DNA of 35,991 nt from a virus (Duplodnaviria; Heunggongvirae; Uroviricota; Caudoviricetes), in the IMG/VR virus record IMGVR_UViG_3300037483_001818; one strand, written 5' to 3'. The notes under the pieces were generated by a model. That model searched no databases. It saw only the letters and a list, made by a program, of their open reading frames with translations, and was not told where the DNA came from. A program made the position numbers and the translations under genes. The number at the start of each line of letters is the position of its first letter. Positions within the stretch are counted from its first letter, which is position 1. Positions 1 to 8,543 of this stretch are shown here, piece after piece.

Positions 1-462
1 TCAGAGCCCCAGGAAGCGGAGCTCGTCGTATCCGAGCCGGTGAGAGGTTCGAACGATTCCGCGCTCGTCGGTGTAGTCGCGGAGGTTGCGTGCGATCACG
101 GACAGCTTGTCCGCCTGCGCCTTTTCGCCGTCGATGAAGTCGCGCTCGGTCAGGAGCATGTTGACGACACCGGCGCCGACCGTGACCTGTACGGGTTCGC
201 CACTTTCGTTCTGTCCGGGCACGCTGCTGGAGTAGTTCATCAGCGCGTCGTTGCGCTTCGACGCGGCGCGGGCCTGCGAGAGCAGGTCGATCAAAACTGA
301 GTCGGTGATCTTGTACTCGGCGCGAACGCGCGAGACGCGACCTTCACGCTCCTCGATCTTGGTGCGGAGTGCGGACTCTTTCTGGCGACATGCGCCGATG
401 ATCTCGGTTGTGGACTTCTCGAACGCGAATGAGAACATATGGCTGATGTTTTGAACTTGCAT
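1..462 (-). CDS. Hypothetical protein with coiled-coil N-terminal half
   Basis: 153-aa ORF, ATG preceded by GGGAGA RBS; stop at window positions 1-3; no family recognised. Confidence 0.8.
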   Translation of the reverse strand: MQVQNISHMFSFAFEKSTTEIIGACRQKESALRTKIEEREGRVSRVRAEYKITDSVLIDLLSQARAASKRNDALMNYSSSVPGQNESGEPVQVTVGAGVVNMLLTERDFIDGEKAQADKLSVIARNLRDYTDERGIVRTSHRLGYDELRFLGL

Positions 463-547
463 GGTCAGTCTCCCTTGTTGTTTCGTTTGCCAACGCGAGC
501 GCGTAGGTGTCGAGCGCGCTCCCGTAGCTCAAAGATTGGATCGATGC

Positions 548-724
548 TCACTGAGGTTCGATTCCGCGTTGTCGGGCAGCTAAGGCAATCGCCAAATAGC
601 AAGTCCACCGCCACCACAGCTCACGAGTTGACGCGATCACTTCTGCTGCTGCTGCCAGCCGATGAAGAAGGCTAGGAACCAACCCTTCAAAAAACGCGTG
701 CATCAGCTGGTCGAACTGGGTCAT
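548..724 (-). CDS. Possible small hypothetical protein (58 aa)
   Basis: MTQFDQLMHAFFEG... fills the gap between the helicase and the first ORF; no clear RBS. Confidence 0.3.
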   Translation of the reverse strand: MTQFDQLMHAFFEGLVPSLLHRLAAAAEVIASTRELWWRWTCYLAIALAARQRGIEPQ

Positions 725-759
725 CCGTTTACGCGCTGGCTCGGGATCGCGCGTTGCGT

Positions 760-2607
760 CTAGCTCAACATAGATGCGTCTTGCGACGATCCAAGTCTTC
801 CCTGCGGCGAGCTTTCCCTGACCTCGATCGTCGGCCAGTCGACGGGCAAGCCGCCGATGTGCTGCTCGAAGCCCGTACGGCATGCGCTGAGCGGAGGGAA
901 CTCCCACCAGACCGTGCTTCCGTTTTGCGGGTTGCCGCTCGTATCCTTTCCGCGAAAGGCTCCCGAGAACGCGTGCAGACCGGGCGTGCAGCACTTTTCC
1001 AAGAAGCGCGCGAGCCGCGTCGCGCTCGTTCGACGATTAGCGGAGATGCGTTGAGCGTAGGTCAGGTAGTCGTCGACGAGGGCGTCCTTGGGAATCGGAC
1101 TTGTCCAGTTCGGATGAGCTGGACGCAAATGGCCGTCGCGAAGCTTGCCGTACCACCACTCCTCATGGGGCTCCATGGAGTGGAGCTTTTGATCTTGCAG
1201 GGCATCGGTTGTCGGCACGTCGCGATGATTGAAGTGACTTAGATCCATGGTCTGGAGCATGTAGAGCAGATTTGCGAACCCGCCGTCTTCCAGCTCCTTC
1301 ATGATCGCGTTGAAGTACGCCTTGTCACCTTGACGGGTCTTCGCGACATCGAGCACGAGAAACCGACGCTCGTCGTAGCTTGCCGGGACGACCCATTCAG
1401 CGTTGCTCGCCATGATGAGGTGCACCTTGTTGCCGGCCATGCCGGCGTCAACGCCCTTGGCTTCGATCACGAGGGTCTTGCCCGTAATCAGCGCTTTGAG
1501 GACGCTTTCGTGCTTGCGATCTCCCGCCCAGAACGCCTCATCACCGAATAGGACGACGCAGTCACGCAGGTGTGCGTTGAAATTTCCGACGATGTATTTG
1601 GCGTCGGCCACCGCCCAATAGTGCCTCCCAAACAAACGACCGAATACATCAGCGAAGACGGTCTTACCGGTCCCCTTACCGCCGCGGAGGATGATCGCAA
1701 CCTCGCCAGGCACGTTCGGCTTCTGGACGGCACGCGCCATCCAGCAGAGCAGGTACGTGAGCGCATTCTCGTCGCCTCCACAGATGTTGGTCTTGATGTG
1801 CTCGAGATAGCGAAGATGGCGATCTCCTGGCATTGCTTTCATCGCGAAGCCTCTCCAGAGGTTGTACACGCCGGGTTTTTCATCCTTGCCGGGTGAGAAT
1901 GTAATGTTGTGGTACTGGCGTCGGGCGGCATGATCGAGCCACCAGGTGCCGAGTGGTTTCTCCGTCGGGTTGCCATTCTTGTCATAGCCGACCAAGACCT
2001 TTCGGTTGTTATAGCGATTTTTGAAATCGTCGAACGTCTGTAGTGTGATCGCACCGTCACCGCCCTCCCCGTCTAGGCTCTCCTCGTTGCCTGGATCCTC
2101 CATCACGCGGCAGCATCCGCCGTGGTTCTCGATGACGGCGTGCTTTTCGTTGAGCTCTAAGAGGCGCTTGTCCTGAGCGTACTCACGTCCCCGCCGGATC
2201 TGACGCAGGACGTAGCGTTCGATCTCTTCCTGCGCCAGGACGTGCTTGGAAATCTCGTAGCGATCGTCGACGAGGATGCCGTAGATCAACTCGTCGCTGA
2301 CGTTGGCTCGGATCAGGTTGATGCAGACGCGTACGACGAGCTTGTCGGGATCTTCGATCTCGTTGGTCGGATCTCGTCCCTGGACGATATAGACGCGTGT
2401 GCGCTCGTTGATGGTTTCGGGCAGCGCGCTGATCGATTTCAGGCGCTCGGCACCACTCTTGACCTTCGGGATCGTCGGTGACTCGCGGTTCACCGCCGAC
2501 ATGCGGCGAATCTCTTCGCGGATGCGATCGACGGGACTTACCTCCTCGATCGGCTTCTTTGAAGAGGTGCCGTTGGTCCCGTTGCCGTTGGTGCCGTTCG
2601 TGGTCAC
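760..2607 (-). CDS. SF3-type replicative helicase (DUF5906/NrS-1-like P-loop domain) with primase-C-terminal-like helical region
   Basis: Walker A RGGKGTGKT, FNAHL..VLFGDEAF, IMASN and ERRF motifs. Start set at GTG 2607, which overlaps the primase TGA (GTGA); the ORF track extends to 2655. Confidence 0.9.
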   Translation of the reverse strand: MTTNGTNGNGTNGTSSKKPIEEVSPVDRIREEIRRMSAVNRESPTIPKVKSGAERLKSISALPETINERTRVYIVQGRDPTNEIEDPDKLVVRVCINLIRANVSDELIYGILVDDRYEISKHVLAQEEIERYVLRQIRRGREYAQDKRLLELNEKHAVIENHGGCCRVMEDPGNEESLDGEGGDGAITLQTFDDFKNRYNNRKVLVGYDKNGNPTEKPLGTWWLDHAARRQYHNITFSPGKDEKPGVYNLWRGFAMKAMPGDRHLRYLEHIKTNICGGDENALTYLLCWMARAVQKPNVPGEVAIILRGGKGTGKTVFADVFGRLFGRHYWAVADAKYIVGNFNAHLRDCVVLFGDEAFWAGDRKHESVLKALITGKTLVIEAKGVDAGMAGNKVHLIMASNAEWVVPASYDERRFLVLDVAKTRQGDKAYFNAIMKELEDGGFANLLYMLQTMDLSHFNHRDVPTTDALQDQKLHSMEPHEEWWYGKLRDGHLRPAHPNWTSPIPKDALVDDYLTYAQRISANRRTSATRLARFLEKCCTPGLHAFSGAFRGKDTSGNPQNGSTVWWEFPPLSACRTGFEQHIGGLPVDWPTIEVRESSPQGRLGSSQDASMLS

Positions 2608-3731
2608 GCGGCAGCGTCCTTTGACCATTGCCACCGCCACCAGCTGCACTTCCACGCGTCTGCAAGGTCGTGATGTCGTTGGCCAGCTAGGTTTTTGCCT
2701 AGATCGACGATTTGCATCGTGGCCTCGTCGTGCGGCTTCACGTGGTAACGATCAAACGTCCGCGCCGCTGCCCACGCGCGGTCTTCGCGGCCATTTCGAC
2801 CGTGTCCCAGTTGCTCTGTCAGCTCAAGTCCCGCAGCCGTTGCCGCCATCACTGCGCGTGCCGTGTTCTTGATTCCGACATCGTCGTTGTCTGGAACGAT
2901 CAAGAGGACGCCTCTTCGTTGAGCGACGACAGCACCTACAGCGACTGCGATAGCTTCAAGCTGCGCCGCACCTGCCGCACCGAACACAGCCGCCTCGGGC
3001 CAGATCAGATGCGCCACCAACGTATCGGCGAGTCCTTCGACGATGATCGCGACGCGGACCTCTTCTAGCTTTGCCAGCCGCCCGAGCAGGCTCGCGCCCG
3101 CTGTTTGAGATCCGGGGTGTACCAGGAGCTTGCTGTCGCCTCGTAGCATCCGGTACTGGATTCCAGTGAGGTTGCCGGTGGCAAGATCGTGGAGTCGCAC
3201 GGCCGGATCGCCGAACTTTGAGTAGCGGACGGCGTCGTGCTTGAACAAAGGATCCGGATCGATGCCTCGATCGCGGAGGTAGCTCTCACCCGCGACATGT
3301 CGACGATCCAGTGAACTCCAGATGAAGGGCATGCGCGCGCGCGCGCGGTCACGCCTGGCGGTCTCGGCAGCACTCTGCGCTGCACGTCGCGCACGGTGCT
3401 CTTCTAGTAGCTTCGCGTAGTCTTCGTTCGGGATACCGTGGGGAACACCTGCGATTGTGGCGGCGATGCCGAGCGTGCGTTGGAAGTCTTGCTTGGGATC
3501 AATGCCGGCGTAGCCAGCGACGAGATCGAAGATGCCACCGCGTGCGGAGCAATGATGACATGTCCACAAGCCCGTTTCTGGGTGGATCGACACGCTGCCG
3601 CGCTTGAGCTGGCCGCACTTCGGACAGTTCTGGACGCTCCACTGCGAGTTACCACGGTGCTTGATCTCGTAGTAGTCGAGCACCATGGCAGGCGTCAGGA
3701 GCGCGCGTATCGAGACCGCGTCGAGTTTCAT
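2604..3731 (-). CDS. Zn-finger + TOPRIM DNA primase
   Basis: CPKC...CHHC Zn-binding domain, YLRDRGI, TOPRIM IVEGLADTL and VPDND (DxD), C-terminal HDLAD; GGAG RBS. Confidence 0.85.
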   Translation of the reverse strand: MKLDAVSIRALLTPAMVLDYYEIKHRGNSQWSVQNCPKCGQLKRGSVSIHPETGLWTCHHCSARGGIFDLVAGYAGIDPKQDFQRTLGIAATIAGVPHGIPNEDYAKLLEEHRARRAAQSAAETARRDRARARMPFIWSSLDRRHVAGESYLRDRGIDPDPLFKHDAVRYSKFGDPAVRLHDLATGNLTGIQYRMLRGDSKLLVHPGSQTAGASLLGRLAKLEEVRVAIIVEGLADTLVAHLIWPEAAVFGAAGAAQLEAIAVAVGAVVAQRRGVLLIVPDNDDVGIKNTARAVMAATAAGLELTEQLGHGRNGREDRAWAAARTFDRYHVKPHDEATMQIVDLGKNLAGQRHHDLADAWKCSWWRWQWSKDAAA

Positions 3732-3796
3732 CGCGCACGCTCCAAGATCAGCGCGCGCGCGTGTGAAGGAAGCGCAAGCACGGGGTGCTAGGCGGC

Positions 3797-4105
3797 CTAC
3801 AAGGTTACGGGATGGAGCTGTCCGTCGATTTTGACATGGAGCACGAGCTCGCCGCCGAGCGCGGTGACGTAGCGCTCAAGTGTCGAGACAAGACAGTCCT
3901 CACGCAGCTCTGTGCGCGAGACTTCGCTTTGCGTGATCTTGGCGCGCTTCGCAAGCTTCTCTTGTGTGAGCCCTCGCTTTTCGCGGAGAAGGGCAAGCTT
4001 GCAAGGCTTAACGCGTGCGTCGTCCTTCATGAGCCCAGCACAATGCTTTTTAAGTGCTAGCGCGTCAAGTTTCTGCGAAGACGCGCCGAGATCTTTTTCC
4101 TTCAT
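3797..4105 (-). CDS. XRE-family HTH transcriptional regulator (HigA-like)
   Basis: LREKRGLTQEKLAKRAKITQSEVSRTE...STLERYVTALGGEL; GGAG RBS. Confidence 0.9.
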   Translation of the reverse strand: MKEKDLGASSQKLDALALKKHCAGLMKDDARVKPCKLALLREKRGLTQEKLAKRAKITQSEVSRTELREDCLVSTLERYVTALGGELVLHVKIDGQLHPVTL

Positions 4106-4329
4106 GCGTGCACTCCCTTACCAAACACGATCTTGATCGGCGTGCGTCTCCGTTTTCGTGCGCTACGGATGGTGCTTACTCCCGAAATGGTTCTGCGCGC
4201 GAAGGACGAAGGTGCAAACGTGATGCGGGAGTGGATCCACTGCACCCCGAGATCTGCTCATCTTGTTTTGAAAAGACAGACCGATCCCCCTTGTTCCAAC
4301 TTTCGTGAAACTGCTAACGAAGCTCTCGC
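4106..4329. promoter_or_regulatory. Divergent promoter region with 12-bp palindrome AGTGGATCCACT (4230-4241)
   Basis: Only strand-switch point in the window, next to the XRE gene; palindrome read directly; operator role is inference. Confidence 0.45.
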
Positions 4330-4638
4330 GTGGACGAGCTTCCCGACAACGCGTTCGAGCTGGTGTTGGAGCGGCTGCGCGCCGCGCTCGTCGACTCACG
4401 CGGCAAGCTCCGGGCGATGGATGCCCTCGCGTTGGCAGGCTTCGAGAGCCCAAGCTACCATCGCACGCAGCTCGTGGCGCGCGCGCTGCGCGAGCTGGGC
4501 TGGGAGCGTGGGCGCTATCGGTTCCACGGAAGTTTGTTGTACGCGTACGCGCGCGGGACGCGGCTCGAGCGCGAAGTGCTGCTCGAAGTTGAGCGTGGCG
4601 GCGACGATCGTCTCGTCGTGAAGCGGAGAGCGCCGTGA
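4330..4638 (+). CDS. Small winged-helix-like protein resembling the C-terminal domain of VirE/VapE-type helicases
   Basis: TQLVARALRELGWERGRYRFHGSLLYAYARG resembles the R..L..LGW.R.R....G....Y.R pattern; GTG start with weak RBS. Confidence 0.6.
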   Translation: MDELPDNAFELVLERLRAALVDSRGKLRAMDALALAGFESPSYHRTQLVARALRELGWERGRYRFHGSLLYAYARGTRLEREVLLEVERGGDDRLVVKRRAP

Positions 4639-4696
4639 TCGATCGAGCAGATGAAAAGCACGAGGCAGCCGTCAACGGCGGCGCGAACGGAGATGG

Positions 4697-5821
4697 GTGA
4701 TGAAGGTCAAGCAGCTGATCGCTGACAACCCGCAGTGGCTCGAGTACCTCCAGAGCGAGCTGAAGATCGACGTAGTTCGCGACGGCGACCTGGCCAGCCT
4801 CAAGTACAACCAGATCGAGTCTCCGATGCACGATCCGATCGTGCAGGAGTGTCGCGGCATGGTCGTGCATGTGCCGACCGGGAAGATCCTCGCGCATCCG
4901 TACAACAAGTTCTGGAACTACGGTGAGGCGCTTGCCGCCGTGATCGACTGGGACACGGCGCGCGTGCTGGAGAAGCTCGACGGCTCGCTGATGATCCTCT
5001 ACTGGGACCCATCGGCGGAGAAGTGGGCGGCGGCATCGAGTGGAACGCCGCGCGGCTCGGGGACGTTCGGCAACAACGAGGGAGAGACGTTCGGCGCCGC
5101 ATTCTGGCGCACGTTCGACGCGCTCAGGATGGAGTTGCGCGAGGGGCACCGCGGCACCACGTTCACGTTCGAATTTTGCGATCAGCCTAACCGCATCGTG
5201 GTGCGCCACGAGAGGGCGCGGATCGTGTTGCACGGCGCGCGCGACCTTTCTACCGGCCAAGAGTGGGGACCGGATGAGCCTGCAAAGGCCGCCGACAACT
5301 GCAACTGGGAGCTCGTCCGCAGTTTCCCGATCTCGTCCATCGCCGACTGCCTCGCCGCTGCCGAAGCGCTGAACCCGATCGAGTGCGAGGGATTCGTCGT
5401 CGTCGACGCGAACCACAATCGCGTCAAAATCAAGTCGCCGCGCTACGTGATCTTGCACCACATGAAGGGCGCGGCGACGCCGCGGCGTGCGATCGAACTT
5501 TGGCAGACCGGAGAAACGGCGGAGCTGCTCGCGCATTTCCCAGAAATGACGGCACAGATCATGCCGATCCACGAGCTGCTCGACGGCTTCGCGGCGAAAG
5601 TGATTGACGACATGATCGCGCACGCCTCCGCGCCGACCAGAAAGGATTTCGCCCTGGCAATCAAGGACCGGCCGTGGTCGGCGGCGTGTTTTCGCCTGTA
5701 CACGGGTGATGCAGGTTCTATGTTGTCCGTGGCGAAGGCGAAGGAAGTGCTGCGCGCGCAGTCGCTGGCGTCGCTTGAACGCTTGCTTGAATCTGTCGGT
5801 GTGCGGGTTGTGGAGTCGTGA
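4697..5821 (+). CDS. T4 Rnl1-like RNA ligase
   Basis: ECRG, PYNKFWN, motif I EKLDGS, motif III FEF, motif IV EGFVV, motif V RVKIKS; GGAGA RBS. Confidence 0.92.
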   Translation: MMKVKQLIADNPQWLEYLQSELKIDVVRDGDLASLKYNQIESPMHDPIVQECRGMVVHVPTGKILAHPYNKFWNYGEALAAVIDWDTARVLEKLDGSLMILYWDPSAEKWAAASSGTPRGSGTFGNNEGETFGAAFWRTFDALRMELREGHRGTTFTFEFCDQPNRIVVRHERARIVLHGARDLSTGQEWGPDEPAKAADNCNWELVRSFPISSIADCLAAAEALNPIECEGFVVVDANHNRVKIKSPRYVILHHMKGAATPRRAIELWQTGETAELLAHFPEMTAQIMPIHELLDGFAAKVIDDMIAHASAPTRKDFALAIKDRPWSAACFRLYTGDAGSMLSVAKAKEVLRAQSLASLERLLESVGVRVVES

Positions 5822-6681
5822 AGCGCATGACGACCAAGCGCATGAAGAAGCGAACAACTCGACCGAGCAAGCAGTCCACCCGCGCGCGCGTGGTCGAGCG
5901 GCCGTCGCTCGCTCTGCACAGCGCAGCGTCGCCTGAATGGGGAACTCCGCCGATCCTGCGTCGTTTCGGTGCGGCCGTGCTGAGCCCCGCTGCGATGGGC
6001 CGTGTGATCGATCTCGATTACGCCAGCTCGTCGTACTGGCAGCAGTGGTGGGACGACGCGGATCGTCCGCATGAGTTTCTCGACGGTAGCAAAGGTCGTG
6101 ACGTGCTCGTCGAGGCTGATCGTCGTGCGGCTGCACCGCGGCTGGGCTCTGGCTTCTTCAACGCGCCGGGAATTGGCGGCGGTGAGATGGTGCAGCTGTG
6201 CTGGGAGCTGTTCGAGAAAGATCACCGCGAAGAGACGCTTGGATCTGGATGCTGGATCGGTTTCTCGGTGGAGCAGTTCGGCAGTCTCCAGAATGTTGGT
6301 GAGCGCAACCCGCTCACGACTGCCGAGGATGATCTCATCACGACGATCGTGCCGAGCCGCCGAGCGCACTACGTCGTACGCCCCGAGCAGCTCATCGCGA
6401 TCACGCAGCGCAAGACGAAGAAACGTGAGCGCGGCAGCAAGCAGAGGCTCGCCGAGCAGAGGCTGATCGCGAAGATTCGTGCTCGTACCGACGAACGTCC
6501 TTGGGACGGCGGCGCGCCCTCGCATCTCTCCTACGTGACATTTCTGTGGCACCGCGAGCGAGTAGTACGGCGAACGCAAATGGCGGCTGCGGTTGCGTTC
6601 CTGGAGGAGCAACAGGCTGATCCGAAGTCGCTGTTCCGCAAGTTCGAGGTGATCGGACCTCTTGAGCTGGAGGCGCGATGA
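5818..6681 (+). CDS. Divergent phage Dam-like N6-adenine methyltransferase homolog
   Basis: EWGTP...VIDLDYASS (cf. W.TP...DLDPAS) and GFFNAPG at the NPPY position; catalytic motif degenerate. Confidence 0.55.
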   Translation: MKRMTTKRMKKRTTRPSKQSTRARVVERPSLALHSAASPEWGTPPILRRFGAAVLSPAAMGRVIDLDYASSSYWQQWWDDADRPHEFLDGSKGRDVLVEADRRAAAPRLGSGFFNAPGIGGGEMVQLCWELFEKDHREETLGSGCWIGFSVEQFGSLQNVGERNPLTTAEDDLITTIVPSRRAHYVVRPEQLIAITQRKTKKRERGSKQRLAEQRLIAKIRARTDERPWDGGAPSHLSYVTFLWHRERVVRRTQMAAAVAFLEEQQADPKSLFRKFEVIGPLELEAR

Positions 6682-7109
6682 CGCGAACCGATGGACCGAT
6701 CCGCTGGAATACGAAGGCTGAACAGATTCCGAACCGCGAAGGCGCACGCTTCCGTGTACTTGCAAAGGACGGTAACTCGTTTACGGAATTCGTCTACGTC
6801 GTCGCGAAGGACGGCGACGGCCAACACTTTCTCTCTATTGACGGGACGCCCGAAGAGGAGCTGCCGCTTCATTTGGTGATCGCGTGGCGGGCGGAGGTTC
6901 CAGCAACGATGGAGGCCCCTGTGGAAACGAACGATTCTCGTGACGAAGCCGTTTCTTACGTGGTGATCGATAGCCGCTTAGGTCCGGTGGCGACGGGGGA
7001 CAAGAACATGTGCCTGGTTTTCATCCAGGCAGCCCTCGCACAGCAGTGCGAGGACCACACGCTCTTGAATCCTGCGAGCTTCCGTCTCAAGAAGGTCAAG
7101 CAGCTCTGA
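6678..7109 (+). CDS. Hypothetical protein
   Basis: 143 aa, ATGA coupling to upstream gene, GGAGG RBS. Confidence 0.7.
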   Translation: MTRTDGPIRWNTKAEQIPNREGARFRVLAKDGNSFTEFVYVVAKDGDGQHFLSIDGTPEEELPLHLVIAWRAEVPATMEAPVETNDSRDEAVSYVVIDSRLGPVATGDKNMCLVFIQAALAQQCEDHTLLNPASFRLKKVKQL

Positions 7110-7132
7110 CGTCGGCGACCGCGAGTATTTCT

Positions 7133-7600
7133 ATGAACCAAGACGAACGACAGAAGCTTCGTGAAGCCGCGCTGGCTGCTGCGCACAGCACGCGCTCACG
7201 TTCGCCCGTCCCTCGCCCTGCGGACTGGAAACTTCAGACCTCGAACTCGTTTCGCCGCATCGGCAGCGACGGCGACGGCGACGTGCTGTGCGGGACGAAA
7301 CATCCGATCGACGCGCACCCTGATCTCCTCGCCGCGTCGGGGGTACTCGACTATGTCGTCGCGGCACAACCGCGCGTCGTGCTCGCACTGCTCGACGATC
7401 TCGACGCCGCGGCGTTGGCGCTCCAGCAGATACCGAGGATCGCCGATGCGATCGACACTATTCAAACGCGGCTCGACACTCTTCGTGAAGCGCTCGGCGC
7501 CGCGGTGGTGAAGCTTTCGGCGACTGATGGAGTTTCGCTCGACGAGGTTCGCGGCGCGCTGGAGACCTTTCTTGCAGCCCTCTTGGAGGTTCAGCAATGA
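7133..7600 (+). CDS. Ead/Ea22-like phage protein
   Basis: Start moved to ATG 7133; LDYVVAAQPRVVLALLDDL resembles the Ead/Ea22 IAAANP..VLALLDE motif; paralogous to both halves of 7842-8543. Confidence 0.75.
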   Translation: MNQDERQKLREAALAAAHSTRSRSPVPRPADWKLQTSNSFRRIGSDGDGDVLCGTKHPIDAHPDLLAASGVLDYVVAAQPRVVLALLDDLDAAALALQQIPRIADAIDTIQTRLDTLREALGAAVVKLSATDGVSLDEVRGALETFLAALLEVQQ

Positions 7601-7845
7601 TCGAAGCGCACGCCCCCATCGGTGACAAGCCGCCGAGCACCTGCACAGGTTGCGGCGGCACCAAGGAGGCGCCCATCGCGACCATCCTCTCGGTCTACCA
7701 CCGCGCTTTGGGCGTCACGCTTGCTCTCTGCGAGTCGTGCGGGCGCGATGTTGCAAACGCGGTCGGCTTCATGTGCATCCGTGACGGCGGTTGGTCCAAG
7801 CTCGAACCGCGTAAGCGCCAAGCGGATCGGAATCCGCGCCTATGA
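7597..7845 (+). CDS. Small Zn-ribbon protein (CTGC...CESC)
   Basis: Two CxxC pairs; ATGA coupling at both ends. Confidence 0.65.
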   Translation: MIEAHAPIGDKPPSTCTGCGGTKEAPIATILSVYHRALGVTLALCESCGRDVANAVGFMCIRDGGWSKLEPRKRQADRNPRL

Positions 7846-8543
7846 CCGCCGAGCAGGCACACAAGCTCCGTGAGTTGGTGCTCGTGAACACGCGCGGCGA
7901 ACTGCGGCGTCCGTGGCGCGTGCAGACATCGAACGCGTTGCGTTGCATTGGCACGGACTATGGCGACGGTGATGTCCTGCGTGCGGTAACGCAGTCATCC
8001 GACGGGCAACCTGATCTACTCGCCCCTCCAGCTGTCCTCGACTACATCGTCGCGGCACAGCCGTTGATCGTGCTTGAGCTATTCGAGCAGCGCAAGCGTG
8101 CGTGGAATGCGATCGACCACCTCCGGAACAAGATTGAAGGGCCTGCCCGCGTGTTCGCCGAGGCTGAAGCCATGCGCCGCGGATGGTCGCACATGACCGT
8201 CGAGCAGACGCACAAACTCCGTGCGTTGGCACTCGCGATCCCAAAGGAAACCCGGCGGCCGTGGAGCGTGCAGACGTCGAACTCGTTTCGTCGCATCGGT
8301 ACGGATCGTGGTGACGGCAATGTGCTGTGCGGGGTGACCCGATCCGGTGGACAGGCGGACCTCCTCGCGCCTCCTGGCGTCCTCGACTACATCGTCGCCG
8401 CGCATCCGTTCGTTGTGTTCGAGCTGCTTGACCAGCGCGATCGCGCGGGGCATGCGATCGACTACCTCCGGCACAAGATCGAAGGGTATGACGAGACCTT
8501 CGCCGAGGCCGAGGCGATGCGACTTGGAGGTACAGCAGCGTGA
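7842..8543 (+). CDS. Tandem-duplicated Ead/Ea22-like protein (2 x 117 codons)
   Basis: Halves start MTAEQAHKLR (7842) and MTVEQTHKLR (8193), 351-bp period, both with QTSN..R.IGTD.GDG.VL and VLDYIVAA.P. Confidence 0.8.
   Translation: MTAEQAHKLRELVLVNTRGELRRPWRVQTSNALRCIGTDYGDGDVLRAVTQSSDGQPDLLAPPAVLDYIVAAQPLIVLELFEQRKRAWNAIDHLRNKIEGPARVFAEAEAMRRGWSHMTVEQTHKLRALALAIPKETRRPWSVQTSNSFRRIGTDRGDGNVLCGVTRSGGQADLLAPPGVLDYIVAAHPFVVFELLDQRDRAGHAIDYLRHKIEGYDETFAEAEAMRLGGTAA

Noticed and set aside
3797-4329. HigBA/RelBE toxin-antitoxin pair
   Set aside because: XRE is HigA-like but no toxin ORF is evident upstream; treated as a solo regulator.
4133-4621. 162-aa ORF spanning the divergent region
   Set aside because: No RBS, overlaps the better-supported 4330-4638 gene out of frame, no motif.
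4163-6765. Long antisense ORFs (657 aa and 440 aa)
   Set aside because: Shadows of the RNA ligase and Dam-like genes; Arg/Ala-rich, no motifs, expected in GC-rich DNA.
7842-8543. Possible DGR template/variable repeat pair
   Set aside because: Differences are not restricted to adenines and there is no reverse transcriptase in the window.
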